This document shows, in pieces, positions 10,360 to 22,099 of a stretch of 64,000 bases of DNA. Below the pieces are notes generated by a model. That model saw only the letters and a list, made by a program, of their open reading frames with translations, did no database searches and had not been told where the DNA came from. Origin of the DNA: a phage; assembly GCA_012178725.1 (NCBI GenBank), contig GCA_012178725.1_3030.1; one strand, given 5' to 3'. The first letter of the stretch is position 1; every line of letters begins with the position of its first letter. A program made the translations under genes and the position numbers.

Positions 10360-10820
10360 AGAGAGTCTCTTAATAGGTTTAACACATCAATAAATTCAGC
10401 TTCGGTTAGTATTGTATCATCTTTTGTTAGACCACTAGCCATGCTGTGCTTCAAAACTTTTCCTTTCGAGGCTTGTAATGCATCACGAAAGCCCTTGTTT
10501 TGAATCGCTGCTTCAAAATATGCATTTGTGTATAATTCTTTCCACGCTGGGGAGTATCTTGAAAACGGAACTCCAAGCCAGAAGAGGGTCCCACGGTCCT
10601 GAGCTCTAGCATAAGACCTTCCAGCTTGTTGGGCGGCAAGCCCGGATAACCCAAATATACGACGTTGTTGTTCAACATTTTTCACCTTGCATCCTTGGAG
10701 GAATCCTTCAAGACCTCCAAATTGAATATCATCCATAACGAAAGGCCATTGGGCGAAATTACTTAATGCACATGATGGCCACCTAAAATTGCTTCTAATC
10801 TCTAGCTCAGACATTTTCAA
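10356..10820 (-). CDS. NADAR-domain protein (YbiA-like)
   Basis: 154 aa; LSNFAQWP ... EGFLQGCK matches NADAR core FSNFAxWP ... EHYFQAQK. Confidence 0.65.
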   Translation of the reverse strand: MKMSELEIRSNFRWPSCALSNFAQWPFVMDDIQFGGLEGFLQGCKVKNVEQQRRIFGLSGLAAQQAGRSYARAQDRGTLFWLGVPFSRYSPAWKELYTNAYFEAAIQNKGFRDALQASKGKVLKHSMASGLTKDDTILTEAEFIDVLNLLRDSL

Positions 10821-11013
10821 TGCTTATAATTTCAACATCAGCCCAATGACCATAGTTTGGTAGACGAAATTCAACTGGCCAGTCACTGCCTTTTTCTAAT
10901 ATAATAGACTTAACTTGTGGTTCTTCGTGTTCATCAGTATATGGATTTTTATCTGTTACTTTATATGTGACCTTAATGTACTGAATTCCAAAAATCTTAT
11001 TAATTATATTCAT
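10807..11013 (-). CDS. hypothetical small protein
   Basis: 68 aa ORF in tightly packed early gene array. Confidence 0.45.
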   Translation of the reverse strand: MNIINKIFGIQYIKVTYKVTDKNPYTDEHEEPQVKSIILEKGSDWPVEFRLPNYGHWADVEIISIENV

Positions 11014-11207
11014 ACTAATTCCTTTAATCCGTAAATAGGAGATAATTCATCACCCATACGAAGGTCTTCATTTCCATCTACCCAAGAAACAATATAAGCC
11101 TCTTTTATTTGAATACCACTCCATTTAAATGGAGGTAGAACCTTAGAAATTAATCCAGGTATACCAACTCCCTTTAATTCAACAGTTTGACCTAAAAAGA
11201 ATTTCAT
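11010..11207 (-). CDS. hypothetical small protein
   Basis: 65 aa ORF, overlaps neighbours by 1-4 nt. Confidence 0.45.
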   Translation of the reverse strand: MKFFLGQTVELKGVGIPGLISKVLPPFKWSGIQIKEAYIVSWVDGNEDLRMGDELSPIYGLKELV

Positions 11208-11494
11208 TAGAACCTCATCTGAAAACCGTGCGATTTAACATTACCGCTGCCAATATCAGAAATGTTAATTTCACGCGCAATTGAAGGGTCAATGTCAATT
11301 TCGCGATTGAGTTTAGTGATAGCTAAAGTATCGCGCCCATTTACAGTACGGAACTCTAAAGGACATACTACATTAACGTAGTTTTTAATCGATTCGCTGG
11401 TAGGTTGCAAATGAGCAGGAAGGTCTTTAGGCGCCTTAGAGAAAACCACTTCACAGAAGTTTTTACGAGTATCAAAATAAGTAGTCATAAACAT
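11207..11494 (-). CDS. hypothetical protein
   Basis: 95 aa ORF with GAGGAAAA SD 7 nt upstream. Confidence 0.5.
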   Translation of the reverse strand: MFMTTYFDTRKNFCEVVFSKAPKDLPAHLQPTSESIKNYVNVVCPLEFRTVNGRDTLAITKLNREIDIDPSIAREINISDIGSGNVKSHGFQMRF

Positions 11495-11511
11495 AGTATT
11501 TTCCTCAGCAA

Positions 11512-11525
11512 GGGGCCGAAGCCCC
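11512..11525 (-). other. intergenic tetraloop hairpin
   Basis: GGGGC-CGAA-GCCCC (UUCG on minus) between two minus-strand ORFs, just upstream of SD. Confidence 0.45.
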
Positions 11526-11535
11526 TCATTTTATT

Positions 11536-11913
11536 TTAAATATCAAATTCGTTAAGAACTACATCAAAGATTGCTTCAAGATGCTCAGGTTTAGCTCTAT
11601 TACTCAGAATATGACGAATCCAAGTTTTAACCAAAAGCTTGCGATTAGCACCATTCCAGCAAGGATGAGTCCCTAAATCACGTTGACGAAAATCATCATC
11701 CAGAGCGATTTTGAAGTTTGAACCTTCCATTGTGATTGAAACCGTGATTCCATTTTCAAATCGCATATAAACGTAGTTAGGAGTCATATACTGTTCAATT
11801 TCGCATACTGATCCATTTTGATGTTTCCAAAGGCAGATAGTATCAATAGAACCTGCAATACCATTAGAAACATATTTACGTTCAAAGTTGATGTAGTTCA
11901 TTTTATTCTCCAA
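11536..11913 (-). CDS. hypothetical protein
   Basis: 125 aa ORF. Confidence 0.5.
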   Translation of the reverse strand: MENKMNYINFERKYVSNGIAGSIDTICLWKHQNGSVCEIEQYMTPNYVYMRFENGITVSITMEGSNFKIALDDDFRQRDLGTHPCWNGANRKLLVKTWIRHILSNRAKPEHLEAIFDVVLNEFDI

Positions 11914-11970
11914 GATGTTTAATTGCGGTACAGGTATATAATATCATATCCTGTACCAAAGTAAACTATT

Positions 11971-12339
11971 TTATGCAACTTTAATCCAATTATCTAAATT
12001 TAATTCACCTTTGGCTTTCATTTTTTCAATCAAGAGGTCAGCGGTAATACGACCATTTTGATACCACGTAACATCTTCAGAGTAACCAGTTTCTTTATCT
12101 TCATAAGTCTCACAACGAATTTTACCAATAATCAAAGTTTTCAATTCGTATGTATCTCCAGTAAAAAAGTTAGTTAACATTATTTTCCAAGAGAAATCAT
12201 CAGAAGGACCTTCAGGAGTCATGCAACCTACAAATTCAAATTGTTCTTTGTATAAGTGCCACTGAAGTTCTTTAGTTTCGATAGCTTTATAGCCGTCGTG
12301 ATCTTTACCTTTGATGTATGAGTTAAGATTGATTTTCAT
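11971..12339 (-). CDS. hypothetical protein
   Basis: 122 aa ORF with own early promoter. Confidence 0.5.
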   Translation of the reverse strand: MKINLNSYIKGKDHDGYKAIETKELQWHLYKEQFEFVGCMTPEGPSDDFSWKIMLTNFFTGDTYELKTLIIGKIRCETYEDKETGYSEDVTWYQNGRITADLLIEKMKAKGELNLDNWIKVA

Positions 12340-12361
12340 TTTATTCTCCTTTGTTTGTGTA

Positions 12362-12398
12362 AGATAATACTATCACAAAGGAACTATACTGTAAACAA
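12362..12398 (-). promoter_or_regulatory. T4-type early promoter
   Basis: GTTTAC, 17 nt spacer, ATAGTATTAT on minus strand. Confidence 0.5.
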
Positions 12399-12411
12399 CT
12401 TTATGCAATCT

Positions 12412-12444
12412 TTGGAAAATAAAAAAGGACTCCCGAAGGAGTCC
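12412..12444 (-). terminator. rho-independent terminator
   Basis: GGACTCC-UUCG-GGAGTCC followed by UUUUUUAUUUU on minus strand, directly after stop of ORF 12450-12668. Confidence 0.7.
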
Positions 12445-12449
12445 TCAAC

Positions 12450-12668
12450 TTATGCTTTCTGCTTACCAAAACGAGAAGCATCATCTCGAAGAACCGCACG
12501 TGCTCGGCGCATGATCTTCTCAACAGTTTGATTGATACGAGAGTTCGACCCACGCTTGTAGCCAGCGCGTTTAGAATCACCAACTTTCTTTTCAACTGCT
12601 TTCTTTGCTTTAACTTGTTTTGCCATTATAAATTCTCTTTTAAATGAAAATGCAGGACTTATTGGCAT
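12450..12668 (-). CDS. small highly basic protein (start may be internal ATG at 12626)
   Basis: Lys/Arg-rich 58-72 aa (MAKQVKAKKAVEKKVGDSKRAGYKRG...); followed by strong terminator. Confidence 0.5.
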   Translation of the reverse strand: MPISPAFSFKREFIMAKQVKAKKAVEKKVGDSKRAGYKRGSNSRINQTVEKIMRRARAVLRDDASRFGKQKA

Positions 12669-12870
12669 TGCCTGCGCAAGCCCTCAAGGGGGTACTTAGG
12701 TTTTGTATATTTACCGACAGGATAACCATAAACCCGTCATCATTCACATTCAAGAGGTACACCGTAAAACTGCCGGGGTCTTAAAACTATAATGATTCGC
12801 AAATCATTAATCAGACAGTTCGACGGCTCCTCGATTTTAGCTCACACTAAGGCAGTGAATCTCCAATAAA

Positions 12871-13119
12871 TTACTTCAGTGTTACCACAAAGTGACGAAC
12901 TGCTTTTCGTGCAGCAGAAGCCAGAGGCTTAGCATATTTAAGTTCATCTTTTTCCTGAAGCTCAGCAGCTAATGCAGTTTGAGCAGGATTCAGATGTTTG
13001 AAATAACGCAGGATTTCAAGAGCTTCGGCTTCAACATCAATAGATGCGCCATAGTTTTCGTGACCATTATTCCATGCGTTTCGTTGCAGTTCAAGAGCGT
13101 GTTGTAATTGTTTAATCAT
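12871..13119 (-). CDS. rIII: rIII lysis-inhibition accessory protein
   Basis: 82 aa; position between 31 and the 30.x block; recognised as T4 rIII. Confidence 0.8.
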   Translation of the reverse strand: MIKQLQHALELQRNAWNNGHENYGASIDVEAEALEILRYFKHLNPAQTALAAELQEKDELKYAKPLASAARKAVRHFVVTLK

Positions 13120-13258
13120 TTAAAAATTCTCGTTAGAGATTAAAACTCGGTAGTCACGTTCTTCTGAATTTCATCTTCTTTCGACAGATCTCTCAGTTGT
13201 AGACTACCACATAGAATTGTTCGGTTAACTTATTATTCCGACGCCCAATTCATATTAT

Positions 13259-13266
13259 TATTTATA
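13259..13266 (-). promoter_or_regulatory. possible late promoter (TATAAATA) in 31-rIII intergenic region
   Basis: Exact TATAAATA on minus strand; function not assessable from sequence. Confidence 0.25.
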
Positions 13267-13602
13267 TCACTTATAAAGACACGGAATAGCTTTATAATGA
13301 CAAGTAACGAATTTTTGTTTAATTTCTTTTGGCTGCTTAAGACCCAGAGCTACAAAAGGATGCGGAACATTTCGAATTTGACCAACTGGAAGAGAAGTCA
13401 AATCGCCAACTTCGCAAAAACCTTCAGGAACATCAGGACCAACAGAGTGAACTACACACAGTTCAGGAACTTCACCTTGAACACGTTTACCGATAATAAG
13501 TCCTGATTCTGTAACTTCTTCATCACCAGCTTGTGCAGGTTCAGAAACTAAAATCACATATTCACCGACAGCACGAATTGGTAGCTGTTGTACTTCAGAC
13601 AT
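13267..13602 (-). CDS. 31: gp31 co-chaperonin (GroES analogue for capsid folding)
   Basis: 111 aa from second ATG; [15 protein letters not shown] start recognised as T4 gp31. Confidence 0.9.
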
Positions 13603-13658
13603 CATTTTTCCTTTTTGTTAACAGATGAATTAATAATAACAAATAATTCTTAAAGCAT

Positions 13659-13967
13659 TTATTTACCAATAAATTGGAGCAAATGCTCAACTTTCATACC
13701 ATTAACAGAAATCAATTTGTCAATAGAAAAACCTCGCCATGCACCAAGCTCAACATCAAATACTGGAATCATGTCAGTAGATTCTTTCCGAGTAGATTCA
13801 GTCAATTTACCAGTTTGCATGGTTGGCATAAAGTCTGCATCACGAGTACCTTTCATAGTACGAATAGTACCATCAGACTTTTCAAAAACTACGTTTGAAA
13901 TACCCATGGACAATTTAGTTTTCAAAATTTCACGAATTGCTACTTTTTGTTCAGTCGTCAGTTTCAT
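13659..13967 (-). CDS. hypothetical protein (31.1-like position)
   Basis: 102 aa ORF. Confidence 0.5.
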   Translation of the reverse strand: MKLTTEQKVAIREILKTKLSMGISNVVFEKSDGTIRTMKGTRDADFMPTMQTGKLTESTRKESTDMIPVFDVELGAWRGFSIDKLISVNGMKVEHLLQFIGK

Positions 13968-14207
13968 TTATTTACCTATTACAGTTTTAATATGAGTTGT
14001 TCCACGTTCTTTAAGAGTGGAAAGCAATTTTTGGCATTTTTCTAAATCAGATTTCCAACTATACGGCCTATCAATACAAACCCATTCTGACTTATAATAC
14101 TGTTTCCATTTAGAGAAAAAATACTTCTTATACTCTACAGCAAATGAAATGTTCTCGTTAGAATAAGAACTAATTGCTGTGAGCTGTACCAAACGAAATT
14201 TCATCAT
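13968..14207 (-). CDS. hypothetical protein (31.2-like position)
   Basis: 79 aa ORF, Cys/aromatic rich. Confidence 0.45.
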   Translation of the reverse strand: MMKFRLVQLTAISSYSNENISFAVEYKKYFFSKWKQYYKSEWVCIDRPYSWKSDLEKCQKLLSTLKERGTTHIKTVIGK

Positions 14208-14785
14208 TCACCACAGAATTCGTTGATATTTTCCCAGTTTAACTTATTCAAGTTTTTCTTAGGAACATTAAACACTTCAATACCTGCATTTCGCAAAATA
14301 TCATCCCAGCCAGGTTTATTTTTGTCGTATGTTTCGCAATAAACTAGTTTTTTAATTCCAGATTGAGCTATCGCTTTTGCGCAATCCGGACATGGAGAAA
14401 GTGTTACATACATAGTAGCACCTTCAATAGAAGAACCATTTCGTGCAGCAAACAAAATTGCATTTAGTTCAGCATGAATTTCATTTTTAGATGACCATTC
14501 CGAGTGAGCGCTGCGGTGTTCTTTCGCCAAGACAAAACGATCAGTTGAACCAAACGATACGCATTCAGGCTTATGACCTTGAATGATAGTATGTTTAGGC
14601 TTGTTCAACAACCAGCCTTGTTCAGCAGCATAATCACAGCAATTCACACCACCAGCAGGTGAACCATTATATCCGGTAGAAATAATACGTCCATTCTTTT
14701 CAATTACTGCTCCTACCTTCCAGGAGCAGCATTTTGATTCTTGCGATACTAAATATGCAATTTGAAGTACTGTACTCGCTTTCAT
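14204..14785 (-). CDS. cd: dCMP deaminase
   Basis: 193 aa; HAELNA and PCPDC zinc-binding deaminase motifs. Confidence 0.9.
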   Translation of the reverse strand: MKASTVLQIAYLVSQESKCCSWKVGAVIEKNGRIISTGYNGSPAGGVNCCDYAAEQGWLLNKPKHTIIQGHKPECVSFGSTDRFVLAKEHRSAHSEWSSKNEIHAELNAILFAARNGSSIEGATMYVTLSPCPDCAKAIAQSGIKKLVYCETYDKNKPGWDDILRNAGIEVFNVPKKNLNKLNWENINEFCGE

Positions 14786-15120
14786 TTCATAATCACCAGA
14801 TAAGCAGATTTAGCAGTTTCTACACGATAAATTTCGTGACGAAGTTTAGTTATACTTTTAATAACAGAACTAATTATATTCTGCCCATCTTTAAAGCGGT
14901 TTTTCTTATCAATGAAAATTGCACCAGCCATCTTTTTGTGAAGCTCAACTGGATACTTCGTCACAATAATAGCATCATACACAGAAGGATGAATACTATT
15001 CACTAGAGTATCATTCATTAAAGTTATTCTAATGAACTGTGCTGTTTCAGAATCAAGCGCTCTATGATCGCCAGTATCATTTTCAAGACAATTATCAATT
15101 ATATCAGTTAAATTCATCAT
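14782..15120 (-). CDS. hypothetical protein
   Basis: 112 aa ORF. Confidence 0.45.
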   Translation of the reverse strand: MMNLTDIIDNCLENDTGDHRALDSETAQFIRITLMNDTLVNSIHPSVYDAIIVTKYPVELHKKMAGAIFIDKKNRFKDGQNIISSVIKSITKLRHEIYRVETAKSAYLVIMK

Positions 15121-15353
15121 AGTACGCCATACACCCTTTGTGCTTCAACTAATCCATCGAAATCCAGTTTAAGATGCGATATTTGATCGCCATCACCTGG
15201 ATTCACAATTACTAATACTGAACGAGGAGTTTCGGTAATAACACGAACCGATGTTTCAGGAAATCGTTCAGAAACCCTATTTACTAATTCCTGCGCAAAT
15301 AGTTTAACTTTTTCTTGGAATTCTTTAACAGTAATTGGTTTTTCACTTAGCAT
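15117..15353 (-). CDS. hypothetical protein
   Basis: 78 aa ORF. Confidence 0.45.
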   Translation of the reverse strand: MLSEKPITVKEFQEKVKLFAQELVNRVSERFPETSVRVITETPRSVLVIVNPGDGDQISHLKLDFDGLVEAQRVYGVL

Positions 15354-15874
15354 GTTGATCCCAGCTCCTTACTTTCAACGTTTTTAACTAATTTGACAGA
15401 AACTAATTCAGCATCTTGAGTAATCATTACCGGACCTTCTTCATACTCTTCAAGATATTCTAGAGCTTTCTTTTTAGCTTCTTCTTTCGTATCAGTTTGA
15501 GCATAGATATAAAACATACAACCAGTAATACCTACTACTTTCCACTTAATTTCTTTATCAGCTTTAATTTCAAATTTACTGACAGAATCATCTTTTTGAA
15601 CTTCTTCGAAAAAAGAATATTCTAACATATAAGCAATTGAAAATAACGGGCTAACTTTATAGGATTCGCCCATTACGTCAACAGCTTTATACCAGCAGTC
15701 ATCAATTTCGCGTTTAATGCTAATAACATTCTTTGCAGGGTCAATTTTTACTTTAAATGAATTTTCCCCAATAAACTGGGCAATTCGTTTATTAGCCCCG
15801 CAAGTTTCATTAAAAATATCTTTATATCCAGCTTTAAAGCGATAAACCTTATCTTCTTCAAACCATTCGCTCAT
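15347..15874 (-). CDS. hypothetical protein
   Basis: 175 aa ORF with upstream early promoter. Confidence 0.5.
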   Translation of the reverse strand: MSEWFEEDKVYRFKAGYKDIFNETCGANKRIAQFIGENSFKVKIDPAKNVISIKREIDDCWYKAVDVMGESYKVSPLFSIAYMLEYSFFEEVQKDDSVSKFEIKADKEIKWKVVGITGCMFYIYAQTDTKEEAKKKALEYLEEYEEGPVMITQDAELVSVKLVKNVESKELGSTC

Positions 15875-15901
15875 TTCAATTTCCTCGTTTGTTTTGGTAG
15901 A

Positions 15902-15936
15902 GCTATAATATCACAACTCTACCGTAAAGTAAACTA
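15902..15936 (-). promoter_or_regulatory. T4-type early promoter
   Basis: GTTTAC, 17 nt spacer, TGTGATATTATAG on minus strand. Confidence 0.5.
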
Positions 15937-16212
15937 TTAAATTGCTTTGAATTCTGCTGTCTGCGATTCAAAACGAATGTCGCCTTTGATAACTAACTCA
16001 GCATCAAGACCGAATACAACAATGATATGCGCTGAACCTGGATACAACGTAATTGCAATAGAATCCACTTGGTCTGGAAGCAAAGTATTCAATACATGAG
16101 TCACTTGAGCATGAATTCGAAGCTCGGCTGCGTTATCAAGCTTTTCAAACATATTATTAGCGATAATTTGACTAAACACTACTTCTACGATTTTAGAATA
16201 AGTCGGAAACAT
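15937..16212 (-). CDS. hypothetical protein
   Basis: 91 aa ORF. Confidence 0.4.
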   Translation of the reverse strand: MFPTYSKIVEVVFSQIIANNMFEKLDNAAELRIHAQVTHVLNTLLPDQVDSIAITLYPGSAHIIVVFGLDAELVIKGDIRFESQTAEFKAI

Positions 16213-16214
16213 AT

Positions 16215-16407
16215 TTACCTCACATAATTTTCTTCAAGCCAATCAATAACATCCAACGCATTATCAAAAGTTGAACCATCTACTTTGTCTTCTGTTTCAT
16301 AATCAAGAACATCTAAGCCTAATCTTCCGTTAACAATAGGCCATAGACAAAATAGATATTTCTTTTCTTTTTCAATTTTATCACAAAGACGATAAATCTT
16401 TTCTAGG

Positions 16408-16415
<8 letters not shown>
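16215..16415 (-). CDS. hypothetical protein
   Basis: 66 aa ORF. Confidence 0.4.
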
Positions 16416-17826
<1,411 letters not shown>

Positions 17827-17830
<4 letters not shown>

Positions 17831-18063
17831 TTATTTTTCTCAACCAATGATTGAATATAATCATGCAGGTCTTTAGATGCTTTACCCCACTTATTTTGAT
17901 ATTCATTTTTGAGATTAGCGCGTGATTGAGCTAATAAAACATCATTAGTTGGAGGTAAAGATTCTAATCGCTGAATCTGGCGTCCATAAATCATTGCAGC
18001 CATCTCGGATTCATAAATCAATCCTTTAAGATGTTCAAATTGATGCCATGAAATCATTTGCAT
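17827..18063 (-). CDS. hypothetical protein
   Basis: 78 aa ORF. Confidence 0.45.
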
Positions 18064-18353
18064 TTATCCTCTTTTAACTCTTGACGATAATAACATATCA
18101 TAGTTTTCTGGTCATGTACATATCGTTTTACATCATTAAGCCAAATACGAAATTCCTGGGAATCTTCAAATGGCATACCGACCCAAGCTTTACCATCAAT
18201 AACTTTAACTTGCCAAGATAGTTTAGCTTCATCATATGACTTTATCTGCACAGGCCAATTAGGATGAACTGTTTCTTTCTTTACTTCTAGAGGCTTTGTC
18301 GAACAACCAACTAGAAGACCAATAGATAATATTACTGCTGATAGTCTAATCAT
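18054..18353 (-). CDS. outer-membrane spanin-like lipoprotein (Rz1-like)
   Basis: Signal peptide with lipobox LLVGC; 99 aa; directly downstream of i-spanin-like gene. Confidence 0.55.
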   Translation of the reverse strand: MIRLSAVILSIGLLVGCSTKPLEVKKETVHPNWPVQIKSYDEAKLSWQVKVIDGKAWVGMPFEDSQEFRIWLNDVKRYVHDQKTMICYYRQELKEDKCK

Positions 18354-18703
18354 TTAGAAAGGTCCTGGATGTCTTCTGCGAACTTGTTGAAGGAGTTATT
18401 GATTTGTTTTTCAACCAATCCTGGCTTATGAGCCACCACATCCGCCTTCTTTGCGTCTTTGCGCAGTTTTTCATTTTCACGCTCAATAGCAGCAATTGCC
18501 TCACGATTTTTATTATTCATCGCATCAATATAATTATACTGAATTCGCAAATTATTTAATGCTAAGGCGTTTTCATTGGCCGTTTTTGTAATTTCAGTAA
18601 CCGATGTTTCTAATCTTTCTACCTTATTTTTTAAAATAATAGATGTTCCGCCAAATACTATTACAAGTAATAGCAAACCTGCTGTCGTATTACTTAATTG
18701 CAT
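18350..18703 (-). CDS. inner-membrane spanin-like protein (Rz-like)
   Basis: N-terminal TM helix (LLLLVIVFGGTSIIL) followed by charged coiled-coil region; 117 aa. Confidence 0.55.
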   Translation of the reverse strand: MQLSNTTAGLLLLVIVFGGTSIILKNKVERLETSVTEITKTANENALALNNLRIQYNYIDAMNNKNREAIAAIERENEKLRKDAKKADVVAHKPGLVEKQINNSFNKFAEDIQDLSK

Positions 18704-19200
18704 AAAGTTTTAATAACCTCTATAATATCGTCTTGAGAAAGACCGTTAATTAAAATATGATGTTCCGCCGGAGATTTAGAAATTTTAAAGCATGCCGCAA
18801 CATCTTCTGCCATATCCGATGCGCTACGATTTGGATTACTAATTCCAAGACGATGTTTTCCCGTTAAAGGATTAACGATGATATAGCATTTACAGCTATT
18901 GATATGAACATTAGGTTGAGTCTGATTAATGAACACTTCACAATCATACTTAGCGAGTTGATTTTCTAAAAAGACTTTCATCTCTTCAACCGCATCAGGA
19001 AGCATATCACGGGCTTGCTCAAGACGACGATTTCGATATTCTTTAATGGTCGTTTTCCGCTTGACTTGCTTAGCTAAATCTTTCTTAAGATCGGTGATAT
19101 ATCCAACTCGACGATTTCCTTTAAATACAGAAATCCCATCTGTAGTATCACCGTATGCTTCAACGACCATTTCAGTAGTAATAAGCTGCAAATCCATCAT
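18694..19200 (-). CDS. alc: Alc (blocks transcription of cytosine-containing DNA)
   Basis: 168 aa; position between rnlA and pseT block as in T4. Confidence 0.7.
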   Translation of the reverse strand: MMDLQLITTEMVVEAYGDTTDGISVFKGNRRVGYITDLKKDLAKQVKRKTTIKEYRNRRLEQARDMLPDAVEEMKVFLENQLAKYDCEVFINQTQPNVHINSCKCYIIVNPLTGKHRLGISNPNRSASDMAEDVAACFKISKSPAEHHILINGLSQDDIIEVIKTLCN

Positions 19201-19225
19201 AAAGTCCTCATGTTATGTCAGTAAG

Positions 19226-19260
19226 ATTACTATAACACAACACGAGGGACTTGTAAACAG
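19226..19260 (-). promoter_or_regulatory. T4-type early promoter (copy of element at 3396-3430)
   Basis: GTTTAC ... TGTGTTATAGT on minus strand upstream of alc. Confidence 0.5.
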
Positions 19261-19261
19261 C

Positions 19262-20849
<1,588 letters not shown>

Positions 20850-20862
20850 AATAAAATGGGCC

Positions 20863-20876
20863 TTGCGGCCCACTCC
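20863..20876 (-). other. intergenic hairpin between nrdB and denA
   Basis: GGGCC-GCAA-GGCCC (GNRA loop on minus strand) followed by AUUUUAUU. Confidence 0.4.
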
Positions 20877-22046
20877 TTAAAAGTATTTTTTAAAACTCAT
20901 CATAACTTTATCATCAACATCATTATCAATCTGTGCAACAAGGTAAGATGACAGTTCTACTTCTTGTGGCGCGGATTGAACATTATCAGAATTAAGGTAT
21001 TCACGAATCCAAGGATATGGATGTTTAACCGGAGCATCGGTAATTGGGCATGGAAGATCGCACTGTTTCATACGAGATACAGTTAAGTAATCAATAAAGC
21101 TCCACATGCTATTTGTATTTAATCCAGGAACATCACCATCTTTAAATAAATGAACTGCCCAATCTTTTTCTTGGCGGTTAACTTCCATGAAAATATCAAC
21201 TGCTTCTTGTTCACACTCTTGGGCGATTTTAACCCATTCATCACCATCAGTGCCAAGCTGAAGTTGACGAATAATATATTGGGTGCCTTTAAGGTGAAGC
21301 TGCTCATCACGTGCAATGAACTTCATAATCTTGGCATTACCTTCCATGATTTCCATGTTCTTATGGAAGTTAAAGGTACACGCGAAAGATACATAAAAAC
21401 GAATAGCTTCTAAGGCATTAATAACGTGCAAACAGAGGTAAAGAGACTTCATTAAAGCACGTTTAGTACATGCAACAACTTTGCCTAACTCTTCTTTACG
21501 AAATCCTTCTGATAAAATTCCTTCATATTCTTCTTTAGCATTTTCCCATTCACGGGTTTTAATTAGAACGTCATCATAATAGCGACCGATAGATTCAGCG
21601 CGTTTCATAATAGCTTCATCTAATACAATCTCATCAAATACCTTCGATGGATCAGTATAAAGATTTCGCATGATATGTGTATATGAACGACTGTGAATAG
21701 TTTCACTAAAAGTCCATGTAGCAACCCATGTATCAAGACTTGGGTCTGAAATTAATGACATAAGTACAGCAGATGGCGCACGACCTTGAATGCTATCCAA
21801 AAGTGATTGATACTTCAGGTTATTAGTAAAAATATTTTGCTGATACTGAGGAAGCTTATTAAACTGCGCAGAATCCATCATTAAGTTTACTTCTTCAGGC
21901 CGCCAGAAAAATGACAATTGCTTTTCGGTCAAATCTTCAAAAACTTTATGGCGTTGAATATCATAACGCGCAATACCAAGACCTGAACCAAAAAACATAG
22001 GTTCTTTTAAAACATCAACTGGATTTGTATTAAAAACTGTGCTCAT
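20877..22046 (-). CDS. nrdB: ribonucleotide reductase beta subunit, uninterrupted
   Basis: 389 aa continuous ORF with di-iron R2 features; no intron. Confidence 0.95.
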   Translation of the reverse strand: MSTVFNTNPVDVLKEPMFFGSGLGIARYDIQRHKVFEDLTEKQLSFFWRPEEVNLMMDSAQFNKLPQYQQNIFTNNLKYQSLLDSIQGRAPSAVLMSLISDPSLDTWVATWTFSETIHSRSYTHIMRNLYTDPSKVFDEIVLDEAIMKRAESIGRYYDDVLIKTREWENAKEEYEGILSEGFRKEELGKVVACTKRALMKSLYLCLHVINALEAIRFYVSFACTFNFHKNMEIMEGNAKIMKFIARDEQLHLKGTQYIIRQLQLGTDGDEWVKIAQECEQEAVDIFMEVNRQEKDWAVHLFKDGDVPGLNTNSMWSFIDYLTVSRMKQCDLPCPITDAPVKHPYPWIREYLNSDNVQSAPQEVELSSYLVAQIDNDVDDKVMMSFKKYF

Positions 22047-22099
22047 AAATTTTCCACTTAGTTAATAGATAGTGACTCGTCCCCATGAGTCAAATTATA

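Noticed and set aside
12669-12870. tRNA gene in the noncoding island
   Set aside because: No T-loop (GTTCRANYC-like) or acceptor-stem pairing could be recognised by eye; kept only as an uncharacterised noncoding region.
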